From Eledone cirrhosa (taxonomy: Eukaryota): a stretch of 64,000 nucleotides of DNA. Below are positions 47,777 through 61,068 of the stretch, piece after piece (the first letter of the stretch is position 1; each line of letters begins with the position of its first letter). The notes below the pieces were generated by a model. It searched no databases. It was not told the origin of the DNA and was given only the letters and a program-made list of their open reading frames with translations. Where the stretch lies: NCBI GenBank assembly GCA_964016885.1, contig OZ024749.1, positions 24,428,001 through 24,492,000 of the forward strand. The letters are read 5' to 3'. A program made the translations under genes and the position numbers.

Positions 47777-48500
47777 GCGCACACCGAATTCACCACTGTC
47801 GGTTGCGGGGCCCAATCTACATGAAGAAGTCAATGTGATCAGAATGACTTGTATTTTAATTTCACTGTCCTAACTTCTTATATTATGGAAAAAATATATG
47901 TGTGTATGTATATATATATTTATGTTTGGAGGCCATTTCTCTGTGTGTGGGTGTATGTATGTGTATATGTGTGTGTGTGTATGTGTGTGCATGTGGATGT
48001 ATGTATTGTGTGTGCATGTGTGTGGGTGTGTGTATGTATGTGTGTATCTGGATGTATGCGTATGTGTATATATATATATATTTGTGTGTGTGTGTGTATA
48101 TATATGTGTGTGTGTATGTGTATATATGTGTGTGTGTGTGTGTTTGTATGTGTGTATGTGTATATATATGTGTGTGTGTGTATGTATGTGTGGGGGTGTG
48201 TGTATATATATATATATATATATATGTGGGTATCTGGATGTATGCGTATGTGTATATATATATATGTGTGTATGTGTATATATGTGTGTGTATGTGTATA
48301 TATGTATGTGTGTTTGTATGTGTGTATGTATATATATGTGTGTGTGTGTGCGCGTGTGTGTATGTATGTGTGTATCTGGATGTATGTGTATGTATATATA
48401 TATATGTGTGTGTGTGTATATATATATGTGTGTGTATGTGTGCGTATATATGTGTGTGTATGTGTGTATGTATATGTATGTGTGTGTGTATGTATGTGTG

Positions 48501-48547
<47 letters not shown>

Positions 48548-49071
48548 GTATAAGTATGTGTATATGTATGTATGTGTGGATGAAGGTATGTGTGTATATA
48601 TAGGTGTAAGTGCACTAAATCCCTTTCTATCACGCTCCCCTCTCCTACCAACCACAGGAAGATATATGTATGTATATTGCTTCCACCCCCTCACTGACCA
48701 GCAGCTGGCCAGCTGGCCATTGCTAAATCTGACCTTTATAAAATAACCCACACCCCCAAATAACTTCTCATTCACTACCAGAAAGGCACACAGCAGTCAA
48801 CTTGTTGCTACCAAGATGAAAACTACTATGAAATCCCACAATGAATTTTATACTTGAATTTTCAAATCTCAAATTTTAACTCTTCGTATTATTAATTTTT
48901 CTTAATATTAATCAACATTTGAAAAGATGGCTTTTGCAGACCCATCGAAACCGGTCATTTTTTATACCCTTTATTATTTACTTACCTTATAAAATTATAT
49001 GTTTTTTCACAAAAAAGTATTCTGTCTCTTATATATTCCATGTGCCATTACCAACCTCAATTTTCTCTATA
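46635..49071. mobile_element. PLE-derived foldback with microsatellite-rich arms; U3-A8 HHRs at 46777-46824 (-) and 48914-48961 (+)
   Basis: 46665-47523 is the inverse of about 48190-49071; UUGAAAA GAUGG..CCAUC GAAA CCGG UC; spacer begins QFKPKLN, like an EN terminus. Confidence 0.8.
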
Positions 49072-49076
49072 AATAT

Positions 49077-49113
<37 letters not shown>

Positions 49114-49210
49114 AAAATATATATATATATTTTTTCATATATATGTATTTAAATATATGTATATATATATATAAATATATATATTTATATATATATGTAT
49201 ATATATATAT

Positions 49211-49413
49211 ACGTAGGTCCCGGGTTGAGTCGGGGATAACCACAGTAAGTAAGGTACTCAATACATGGCAGAGTAAATTTTATTTATTTTATAGAAGGAA
49301 CTTCTACAGGACTCGTACTGTTTCATTCAGATGAAATCTTCAGGAAGCTTCCTGAAGATTTCATCTGAATGAAACAGTACTAGTCCTGTAGAAGTTCCTT
49401 CTATAAAATAAAA
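49211..49413. mobile_element. Spacerless palindrome of two HHRs (49301-49347 -, 49348-49394 +) with left tail
   Basis: Centred on AAGCTT; CUUC CUGAAGA U UUCA UC UGAA U GAAA CAG..CUG UA GAAG. Confidence 0.85.
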
Positions 49414-49433
49414 AAAAATATATATATATATAT

Positions 49434-49500
<67 letters not shown>

Positions 49501-49681
49501 ATTTTTTATTTTATATATAGATATATATATTCATATATATATATATATTTATATTTATATATATTTTTTATTTTATATATAGATATATATATATATTCAT
49601 ATATATATATATTTATATATATATATATTTATATATATATATAATTAGAGCAAACATCACGGACGCTCTATCTCGAAATTA

Positions 49682-49717
49682 TTTTCGAAAAGCATTAGAA
49701 ATGCGCAACCGGTAAAA
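49682..49717 (+). ncRNA. Decayed HHR similar to the 10388 family
   Basis: UUU UCGAAAA GCAU UAGAA AUGC GCAA CCGG UA AAA. Confidence 0.4.
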
Positions 49718-49851
49718 CTTAAAACCAAAACTGAATACTAACCTATACTATTACTAATTCTCACTTATTTCTAATTAAACTATTTTTCACTGTGAACAAT
49801 TTCTCAGCATTTTCTTTTCCGTTTACCAAAATATTTATATATATATATATA

Positions 49852-49910
<59 letters not shown>

Positions 49911-50315
49911 GTATATATATATATTTATATATATATATATAATTTTATATATAAATGTATTCATATATATATATATATGTGTGTGTGTATATAAATATAG
50001 ATATCTGTATATATATATATATTTATATATATATATATATATTTTTATATATATATTTTTATTTATATATATATATTTTTAATTATATATATATATATTA
50101 ATATATATATTTCTATATATATATTAATATATATATATTTCTATATATATATATATATATTATATAAAAATATATATATATATATATAAAATTATATATA
50201 TATATAAAAATTTATATATATATATATAAATTTATATATATATATATATAAATATATATACACTTTTAATGCTTGCACTATTTTTAATGCTTATAACATT
50301 TCTCCACACACAGAC

Positions 50316-50347
<32 letters not shown>

Positions 50348-50408
50348 AAGATATATGTTTATATATAAAAATATATATATATTTTCTATTTATATATATA
50401 TATAAATA

Positions 50409-50440
<32 letters not shown>

Positions 50441-50467
50441 GTATTTTATATATATATATATATATAA

Positions 50468-50502
<35 letters not shown>

Positions 50503-50506
<4 letters not shown>

Positions 50507-52793
50507 CAACAACAAAGAACGCCTATAGCATATGCATATCTTTACTTGCTAACATTGTTTCATCCGCACTATATGTGGGACTCATCAGAGCATAAAGGTT
50601 GATTACATATCACACAAGCAATAACAAATCCAAGATATTGAAGAAATAAAGAATAAAAAATAACAAAAAAATAACAAAAAAATATTGAGGAAGTAAAAAT
50701 AAAAATAAACATTGAAAAATAAACATTGAAAAATAAACATTGAAAAATAATTGTAAAATAAGGGGTGCTATCAGTCACAGTTGGGCGGGGTGCTGCCAAC
50801 ATATAGTTACATACAAGCATACACATGGATAAGAGAACAGGCAAGAATAGATAAGATAGATAGGAGTAGGTAAGAATAGATAAAAAATAGGTGAAAAATA
50901 GGTAAAAAATAGACATATATTATATATAAGAAAATATAAAAAACATACATATAAAATATACAGATAATAGTGATACAGGGTAAGGAATGAAATAAAATAA
51001 AATAAAATAAAATTAAAATTAAAATTATATAAAATAAAATATAATATAATATAATAATAAAATAAGATAAAATAAAATAAAATAAAATAAAATAAAATAA
51101 AATAAAATAAACTAAAATAAAATAATATAATATAAGATATAATTAAATAAAATTAAATAAATAAAATTAAATAAAATGAAATGAAATAAAATAAAATAAA
51201 ATAAAGTAAATTGAGATAAGATATATATTTTTTTAGAATATATTTCTTGAATATATCAGGGGCCCACGAAGGCCCTAAGTGTCACAGTTATCAGTATCAC
51301 TTGACCATTGCAATGCAATGGAGACGTCCCAGGTTGGGCAGTCTCAAAAGTTCACTCGAAAGTCACGGGTGTGCATTCACACAGGTGAGCGGTGGGGTAA
51401 TCACAAACCGGTTCACACCCGGGCAGGAGTCCAATGGTCAACAGAGGTACATCGAAGGAAGGTAGGAGAATTCACGTGCAGCAGCAAGAGGCAGACAAGT
51501 GGGCCGAAAGCAAGCAGGTGCAGGCGGGCTAGCCGAAAGCAGGCAAATACAGTTGGGTCAGGTGGGTTAATATGCATACTCAACAGCGCATACAAAAGAT
51601 ATATAAAAAATAGCTTCAAGAGCCAATATCATGAAGTCACCGCATTGGGACATCTCAAGATTATACACACCAATATGTTCTGCACGTATATGCACATATA
51701 CACACCACATGCATATGCAGAGACGGTATACATATATATATATTTTTATATACAGACATATACAACCACCTACACCCATACACATATGTATACACAGACA
51801 CACACGCGCACACACACACAGCGTAGGACACCCGGGTCAAAGCTGATATTAAACACAGAAATAACACATCAGGCAAGACCCACCACCACGGATAATACAT
51901 TCAAAATAAATACACTTAGGCCCTTCGTGGGTCCCTGATATATTCAAGAAATATATTCTAAAAAAATATATATCTTATCTCAATTTACTTTATTTTATTT
52001 TATTTTATTTCATTTCATTTTATTTAATTTTATTTATTTAATTTTATTTAATTATATCTTATATTATATTATTTTATTTTAGTTTATTTTATTTTATTTT
52101 ATTTTATTTTATTTTATCTTATTTTATTATTATATTATATTATATTTTATTTTATATAATTTTAATTTTAATTTAATTTTATTTTATTTTATTTCATTCC
52201 TTACCCTGTATCACTATTATCTGTATATTTTATATGTATGTTTTTTATATTTTCTTATATATATTATATGTCTATTTTTTACCTATTTTTCACCTATTTT
52301 TTATCTATTCTTACCTACTCCTATCTATCTTATCTATTCTTGCCTGTTCTCTTATCCATGTGTATGCTTGTATGTAACTATATGTTGGCAGCACCCCGCC
52401 CAACTGTGACTGATAGCACCCCTTATTTTTCAATTATTTTTCAATGTTTATTTTTCAATGTTTATTTTTCAATGTTTATTTTTATTTTTACTTCCTCAAT
52501 ATTTTTTTGTTATTTTTTTGTTATTTTTTTGTTATTTTTTTGTTATTTTTTATTCTTTATTTCTTCAATGTCTTGGATTTGTTATTGCTTGTGTGATATG
52601 TAATCAAACTTTATGCTCTGATGAGTCCCACTTATAGTGCGGATGAAACAATGTTAGCAAGTAAAGATATGCATATGCTATAGGCGTTCTTTGTTGTTGA
52701 TTACATCACAGCTCTGTCCTCAGACATCGAGCTAACCTTATACTGCCTGTTGGATAAGTGGAGTGTTGTACACCCCTGATCCTCTCCCTAATA

Positions 52794-52796
<3 letters not shown>
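50503..52796. mobile_element. Foldback with arms of about 780 bp, 630-bp spacer and right tail; HHRs at 50547-50592 (-) and 52614-52659 (+)
   Basis: UGCU CUGAUGA GUCC CAC..GUG C GGAU GAAA CA A UG UU AGCA; arms near-identical. Confidence 0.88.
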
Positions 52797-52865
<69 letters not shown>

Positions 52866-52890
52866 ATATTTTTATATATATATATATTTT

Positions 52891-52921
<31 letters not shown>

Positions 52922-52970
52922 ATCTTTTATTTGATATATATATATGTTTATATATATATATATATATTTT

Positions 52971-53022
<52 letters not shown>

Positions 53023-53182
53023 AAAATATATATATCTATATATAAAATAAAAAATATATATATCTATATATAAAATAAAAAATATATATAAATATATATA
53101 TGTATATAAATATATATATATATATAAAAATATATATATATATATAAAAATGTATATATATATATATATGTATATATATATT

Positions 53183-53267
<85 letters not shown>

Positions 53268-53312
53268 GAAAGTAAAACAAAGAAGCCTTCAATACATCAA
53301 AAGTCTTTATTA

Positions 53313-53350
53313 GCCGACAATGTTTCGTCCTATTAAGGAATCATCAGGGC
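53313..53350 (-). ncRNA. Minimal HHR at the end of an AT-rich pLTR-like island
   Basis: rc: GCC CUGAUGA U UCCU UAAU AGGA C GAAA CA U UG UC GGC then UAAUAAA. Confidence 0.8.
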
Positions 53351-53882
53351 AATTAAAACAACAAGAAGTAATATCGGCAGATACAAGCCGGAAGCTCCGA
53401 AGAATATGGAGTGTACATACACTAAAGTACTGCAAAAATATATAATAAAAATAATAAAAATATATAATAAAAATTACTAAGTATGTATATAACATTAAGA
53501 ACCATATTACAAATATAGTCCAAAGCAAAACAAACCTAGAGCTAAACTAAGATGGTTATATAGAGCAGGAATTATATATAATACAATGTAATATAATATA
53601 ATATACCTTTACCAACATTAAAATTACAATAAAAATCAAAAGGTACAATATGCATATGTATATATGTGCGCACACGTACACACACATACACATACAACAA
53701 TACACACATCCATCTTCAACTGCACAAATTAAACCTTATTAAGAGTTTGAATATAAAAATAAGCATGATAGGAATGAAAATAATAATAATAATAATACTA
53801 ATACATCTACCCAATATACATGAGGTAATAATATGATATAATTATAAGTAGCACATATAATAAATAATAAACAATACAATTA

Positions 53883-54687
53883 TCTATATATATAAAACTG
53901 TGGTTGTCTGTCTGTCTATCGATTTTTGGCACACATCTCCTCTTAGAATCTCTCACGGAATTGCACCAAAATTGCTATATGAGCCCTAGCGAAGACATCG
54001 GAAAAAAATATTTCAAATTGACCCACCCTATGTGACGAAATCGAATATAATGTATCGATTTTTGAGCGTAAGTTATCAGTTATTTCCCTTTGTTCTGTTT
54101 ACATTGAGCGTCTTACGTAAAAAATTACGCTGGCTTTCTCAGCGTTTAAAATGACATTAACACAATACACGAACAGTTGTCGAGTCAGCAAAATATTGAC
54201 CTGCAAAATTCATCAGTTCGAACACTAAGCTTCAATTTTGCTTCATTTCCATTTAAAAGCATTTTAAAACAATATTTTTACTTGAAAACAAGTCTATTTA
54301 AAGACTACGTAAAACAAGCAAATATTTCAGGCGTGCAGACAGACAGTCGTGCAGAGAGGTGATATAGGCGTGCAGACAGACATAACTGATAATTTGGTTA
54401 CGCTAATGTTTTTCTCTGCGTTGCAGTGTTTACATTTTCGATCTTTGTTAATAAATAACCAGTGCAGTTTTTATCCCCAGCATCCTCTTTTGTTATAACA
54501 TTCGGGTTATCGTTATGTTTTCTTAACTTCATAAGGCATATTGTTGGTTGAGGGAATATTAATCAAAAACACCACATGCAAGTCTGCACAGTAGACACTA
54601 CAGTTTTTAAGCCAAAAAAGAAACTTAACATTGTAACTTTAACACAGCTACTGAGCGACCCCGAGCAACGCCGGGCTTTACTGCTAG
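53883..54687 (+). mobile_element. Non-autonomous Helitron
   Basis: A|TCTATATATATAAAA..GTCTGTCTGTC start; hairpin CCCGAGCAACGCCGGG then CTAG|T; no TSD. Confidence 0.78.
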
Positions 54688-55789
54688 TATACTATATAAT
54701 ACAATATAATAGAATAGATAATCTCCGGTTAATTTACACAAACAATATAGATGTCACAACAATAATATAATAACAATATACTAACATTTATAATATACAA
54801 TATACTAACATTTATAATAAACAATATATAATGGTACTCAAGTTAACAAATCAATTCATACTGGGTTACAGAGTAGGTGAGGAAAAATAAATTGTACAAT
54901 ACCCCAAAAAATATTTTGATGGTACAAAAAATACAAACATCTTACATGATATATAAAGTTTAACATATCATAATGTTACATATAATTAACGGTAAGTAAT
55001 AAGGATCAATATTACAATAAAAAATACAATATAATATAATATATTATATAAAATAAATTAACATAATATAATATATAATTACTTATAATTACAAGGTTGG
55101 TAGACAGACATGTATATGGATGAGTGAGTAAGTGCCAGACAGTAAATATAATGCACAGTAGTATTACAAATAAAATATAAAATATAAAATATAGAATAAA
55201 ATAAATAAATAGAATCAACCGGAAATTAAAAAAACAAAAACAAACATATACATTTAGGTCTCACATGCAGTTAAGGAGTTAAGTAAAAACTAAGGAAACA
55301 ACCCCTGTAAATGACTCGAAAACCCTATTTGATAAATTAATATTAAAAATATTTAAACTATCCAATAAGGCAGTATAATATTAGCTATGGTTTAAGTAAT
55401 TAAAGTTTATAAACGTTAATATTTCGTTACAAATGTTTACAAAAAGGAATGAAAATTGTTTAATATCATATACATAACGATATCTAAAAAACTGACTTAA
55501 GCAGAATTAAGGTAGGCTAATAGGGACAGAAATGAAGAAATATATGGAGGATGCAAAGGGGCATAAAATATAGTCGATATACTATATTACATAATAGAAA
55601 GGAGCGTAAAAGAGGGGGGGTTAAATATAATCATAGTCAATTTGGAGGGGTTGACAATAAGTTTATGTGCGCATGGGGTGGAGGAGGGGGGGGTGTTATC
55701 CAAAGAAGAATCCGAATAAAAATAAAAATAAAAATAAGAATAAAATAAAATAAATAGCGTAAAATATATAATCTTATATACATATTTAT

Positions 55790-55879
<90 letters not shown>

Positions 55880-55946
55880 ATTTATATATATATATATATA
55901 TATTCTATATATATATATGTGTGTGTATATATATACTTTTTGTATA

Positions 55947-56006
<60 letters not shown>

Positions 56007-56591
56007 TATATGTGTGTGTGCATGTATATATATATATATGTACATATGTAAGTGAAATAGAGAGAGAGCGAGTTGTGTGTATGTACATACGTACGCAAAT
56101 TAAGATATACGTACGTACTGCGTACATTTGTTCACCTTTATAAGTAAGTTACCAACTAAATTTGCATCATGTGAAAATGGAGGAATTACTCGGCTTTGGT
56201 AGCGATGCAAGTTATTATATATTAGATACTAACACCTCTTTGAAGACAGTGAGCTAATTAACAGCAGTCTAGAAGATATGAGCTACAGAAACAATTCACA
56301 TCATATTCGATCTTTGCTAATTTCGATGACACCTATCAAATTTGATAACGTAGGAAAGCACAATGCATTATTATTGTTCTTACTTTTAATATTAATAAGT
56401 TCGTGCAATACGATAATTCAAATTATTTGGGACACTCAGAATTTACATTCGTAGTTCTTATCAAAGTAGTGATGCTGTATTTATTTATTTTCTCTTTCTC
56501 GTTCATTTCATTTGACTTGCGAAGATCTATGTTTATTATATATATATATGTGTGTGTGTGTAGAATTAAGGTGTTCGCTCATAAACATACC

Positions 56592-56649
<58 letters not shown>

Positions 56650-56654
<5 letters not shown>

Positions 56655-56900
56655 TAACATATTAAAGTTTAAGCAAAGAATCGCTGCTTTCACCCTTAAC
56701 GGGATCTTCTGAAACTAAAAAAAAAAATCAATTAGTGAACGCAGAATTAAATATTTCGAAAAATGTTGCGATATTTTGGTGCGTGAAGACACCCCCTGGC
56801 AATGAACCGAAAAAAAAGCGTCCAGATAATACGTCAAGATAATACATCGTTTATACCATGTTTATGGTATAAATGAAGTCGTAGACTAATATTCTATCTA
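56650..56900 (-). mobile_element. Second copy of the 11-kb pLTR-like family; HHR variant at 56666-56716
   Basis: rc has the same CAGAAGA core and the same stems. Confidence 0.65.
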
Positions 56901-57162
56901 GGAAACCGAATGATTCTCGTTTTCAGAGTTAAGAATAATGTAAATAAATTAGTAGAACGAAAATGACAGAGGTTATTGAAATCAACAATATTTAAAATTA
57001 TACATACACGCATCCATATAAGTACATACAGATGCATACGCGAAAACAGCCGCCATGCATGCATATGCAAGCACGTACACACACACGCACACGCACACAC
57101 GCGCACATATATGCACACACACATATATATACATACATACCTATACATATATATATACAAAC

Positions 57163-57231
<69 letters not shown>

Positions 57232-57249
57232 TATCATAAAGGCCTTGTC

Positions 57250-57545
57250 GCCGTGAGACATGAACGAACTGATGAGACCAATTGACATTACGGCACAAAT
57301 ATAAAAATTATCTGATATGTTTTAGAGCCGTGAGGATTAAACATAACAATACATATTCAACAGCCGCAAAAGGTTAATATAGTAATCGGTTTTAATGCCG
57401 TGAGGTATGTGAACTATCTGTTAAAGTCATCTGCCTGAAAGGGTTAATAATGTGATAAGATTAACTGCCGTGAGAGATGAATAATTTGATAAACGTAATT
57501 GTCATTTGCTTGTGACATTCTGACAGGTTTAATAGGCTGCGAGGC
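57250..57545. repeat. Diverged tandem repeat, about 70 bp
   Basis: GCCGTGAG at 57250, 57327, 57397, 57467; GGTTAATA at 70-bp spacing. Confidence 0.55.
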
Positions 57546-58014
57546 GAGAATTCATTGTCATTTCGATCAGTAGGCACTGGAACGTTCTTGAGTATGATAG
57601 AGATATATTTATAGAAGCATGGCTGGTGGGCAACAGAGACGAAAGATTAATGAGCCGACCTATTGGATGATAAGTTATATAAAATTCACTTGTTATAAAT
57701 CCAGTGTACGCATTCATTTCTCCAGCTCGATCTGGTGACATGAAACATGTTTCTAGCAGTGCAATCTTATAATTCTGCTCCTAATCCCATTTAAGTGAAT
57801 TTTTTAGGGAGTCTCTGATCAATCCCATTCATGTGTCTATATATATATTTTAATTCTTTTGACAAAAAATCAAAATGTCTTTACCGACACGATAAACTAC
57901 CACCGGCTCGTCCATGCGTGGCACACCCAAACAAACCCCTGCTTCCTGTTTACACCAAAGCAAGGCTTTGGCTGACCAATACACATTCCAAAACACGCCC
58001 AACCGCACTTTTGA

Positions 58015-58227
58015 TCACCTTTCATCAAATCGGACCAATCAAACAATGTTTCCGTTGGTCTTTCCAATTGGTAATACTTTCTATCGGTCGCAACTCCAGG
58101 TAGATGGAATAACGTAAAATAAAGTGTCTTGCTCAAGGACATAACGCATTGCCTAGGCTTAGGAATCGGAATTACAACCTCACGGTTGTGAATCCAATTC
58201 CCCCAACCCTCACCCACACGCTTTCAC
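58015..58227 (-). mobile_element. CORE-like SINE, second copy
   Basis: Homologous to 24372-24593. Confidence 0.8.
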
Positions 58228-58249
58228 TATACATATATATAGGCACAAC

Positions 58250-58286
<37 letters not shown>

Positions 58287-58476
58287 TGGAAAATGTATGA
58301 CCCCGACGGCAGAGCTTAAGCTGTTTCGACGGCTATTTCAGTCCAGAAATAGCCGTCGAAACGGCTTGATCTCTGCCGTCGGGGTCATACATTTTCCTAT
58401 TACCCACTCTATTACCCTAAGAATTGAGTACTCCGATGCGTTATGGTCCATCTGGTTCTTTACCACAACTCCTTCG

Positions 58477-58479
<3 letters not shown>
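58287..58479. mobile_element. Mini foldback with right tail (family of 22697)
   Basis: Palindrome about 58288-58397, then TTACCCACTCTA.. tail. Confidence 0.75.
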
Positions 58480-58512
<33 letters not shown>

Positions 58513-58879
58513 GTGTGTGTTTTTATAGCAGGTATCTCATCAGTCCGTATGCAAGTCTCAAAATCTCTACAGTACCTCTTAGGCCACCGGTCACATTTAA
58601 GCTTCAATTCGAGGGAGGCATCTCTACTGTCTTCCTAGAAATACACAGAACATGGCCAATGATCCTCCCACATCATGCGTAGATCGTATCCAGTAGATTA
58701 CTAAGCCAATCCTTTGCAACGACCTTTTCATTTGTTAAGTGACACATTATTTTCATGTCATATAAAATCCAATGGTCGTCTAGTATGCAATGAACAGTTG
58801 TAACATATATATATGCATGCATTCATGTATATCATTAACGCGATGAACATGTCATCATTACTAAAGCATTTAAACTGAT

Positions 58880-59500
58880 GTTTTTCCAAAGGACCACCGC
58901 ATGGAGATACTTTATGCTCGGTTCCCCGTAAAGTTGTAATCACAATCAGAAACACTGCACATGTTTCTTAATCCACGTCTATGGCAGTGACAAAGCCTTG
59001 TTGAAAAATATTTTCCTAAAGAGCATTGCATAAAAATACGTTATACTCTGTCCCCGTAAAGGGTTCACGACGAAAAATAGTGTATATGTTTCTAAGTCAA
59101 TGTCTATGGAATTTGCAATTCCTCGTTAACAAGGCATTATAATTATTATTTTCGTAAGGACGATCACTTGGGAGGAAGTTATGCTCGGTCCCCCAAATAG
59201 TGGTCCTCAGAATAAATACAGTATATGTTCCTGAGACAACATATATGTCATACACAAAATCTCCTTGACAAATTATTTTAGCAAATGAGTGAAAGTAAGA
59301 TATACTTTGCCTCCCGTAAAGGGGTCACGATAAGAAACATTATATATATATACCTAAGATCAAGTCTATGGTGCACACAAAACATCGGTAACAAAGCATT
59401 TTAGCAAATGTTTTCCTAAGGACCATTGCATTGGATTAAGTTATTCTTGGTCTCCCGTAAAAGGACAACAGCAAGAAACACTGCATATGTTCCTATACCA
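58880..59500. repeat. Diverged tandem repeat of about 130 bp, about 5 units
   Basis: TCCC(C)GTAAA, ATATGTT and GTCTATGG recur every 125-140 bp. Confidence 0.65.
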
Positions 59501-59746
59501 AAATCAGTACGGTTCTAGGACCAGAACAGCCTGTGCTAGTTAAGTTATAAGGCCCCTTAATTGAACATTTAAACGTTTACCATTTGAAAAACATTTGAAA
59601 GGTTTATTGGAAAAGTGTTTTTGGCAGGAAGATGCCACCTTCTCCTGGCTTAAAAATACCTAAACACAATGGCAAATGCGGCACTGACCAGCATCTACGT
59701 CAGAGTTTATCTAGTCTGTGATAGTTTGGTACTTAAATTATATACA

Positions 59747-59780
59747 CTAGCAGAAAAACCACCCTACGAGTGGTTTTCTC
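59747..59780 (-). mobile_element. Possible Helitron 3' terminus
   Basis: rc: AAAACCAC..GTGGTTTT hairpin then CTGCTAG|T; 5' end not found. Confidence 0.35.
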
Positions 59781-60172
59781 CTGGCATGTGTAGTGTGTAT
59801 ATTTATATGATACACAAATATATATGCATGTAGATATGATACATCAAATAAAATCGTAATTGATAAAATACACATAAATTGAACGAAGTCTATGTTACAC
59901 TGTCTTGTGTAATCAGTAACGTAATCCATGGTACATTAAAAGAAAGACGATATTATATATAAACTGCATTAGGAGAACATTAGCGACAGAAATATATGCG
60001 ATATTTTTATAAGTGTTATAATATAAAGGCCGCTAATCGGAAGTGTTGACATTTAGAAATTTTAAAGAAGTTAATTTTAACGATCTTTAAATAAGCTATA
60101 AAATATATGTAATCAACAGCAACAAAATTCAGCACATAAATTATGTAATATTCATTCATTATTTACTCAAAG

Positions 60173-60565
60173 GGCGGTGGATTAGCAGTATCGGTAGAGG
60201 GTCGGACGCCATGCCTTCCAACATAGTTACGTCCCTTTACGATCTGATTTCAAATCCCGCCGAGGTTGACTTTGCCTTTCATCCTTACGGGGTCGATAAA
60301 ATAAAGTACCAGTAATGCACTGGCTAATTGCTGGCCTTGTGCCTAAAGTAGAAACAATTATTTACTCAAAGTGTAAATGGCGGTAGATTGGCAGTATCGG
60401 TAGAGGGTCGGACGCCATGCTTTGGCGCATAGAGTTACGGCCCTTGCCATTCTGAGTTCAAATCCCGCCGAGGTTAACTCTGCCTTTCATCCTTACGGGG
60501 TCGATAAAATAAAGTACCAGTAATACAATGGGTAATTTGCTGGCCTTGTGCCTAACGTAGAAACA
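60173..60565 (+). mobile_element. Two tandem Nin-like SINEs (60173-60356 and 60379-60565)
   Basis: Full-length copies; ATTATTTACTCAAAG occurs three times. Confidence 0.9.
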
Positions 60566-61022
60566 ATTATTTACTCAAAGTAATCCAACTTATTTTACAA
60601 ACGGGGTAAAAAAATATATTCTGGACGCAATGCCGCACTCCTTACTTTATTATAGTTTATATATAGTTTATATATTGTCAGTCAACATCAATTATTATGG
60701 AGTTTATATTATTCAAATTATTGACAACAGAGGAAAGAAATTAGGATGATAGAGCTGGTAGCGTAACATGAACATTACATATCACAAGTATTTCCCATTT
60801 ATCAAACACGCAAAATATACATATGTGAAAACATGTATTTACTGACCAACATGAGGGTATGTGTGTATCAGTATCTCTCTCTCTCATTCACTCTCTCTCT
60901 CTCACTCATTCTCTCACTCAATCTCTCTCACTCCCACCGTCTCTCTCTCTGAGCACACACACACACACGCACACGCACACGCACAGGCGCACTCCAGTTG
61001 CGTTTTCGATTTCATCTTATTT

Positions 61023-61065
<43 letters not shown>

Positions 61066-61068
<3 letters not shown>

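Noticed and set aside
57529-58682. Short ORFs in unique-looking DNA as host exons
   Set aside because: No recognisable homology; they partly overlap the SINE and the foldback
60990-61020. 30-bp match to the end of the 10320 foldback
   Set aside because: Too short to call as an element; probably an extreme truncation
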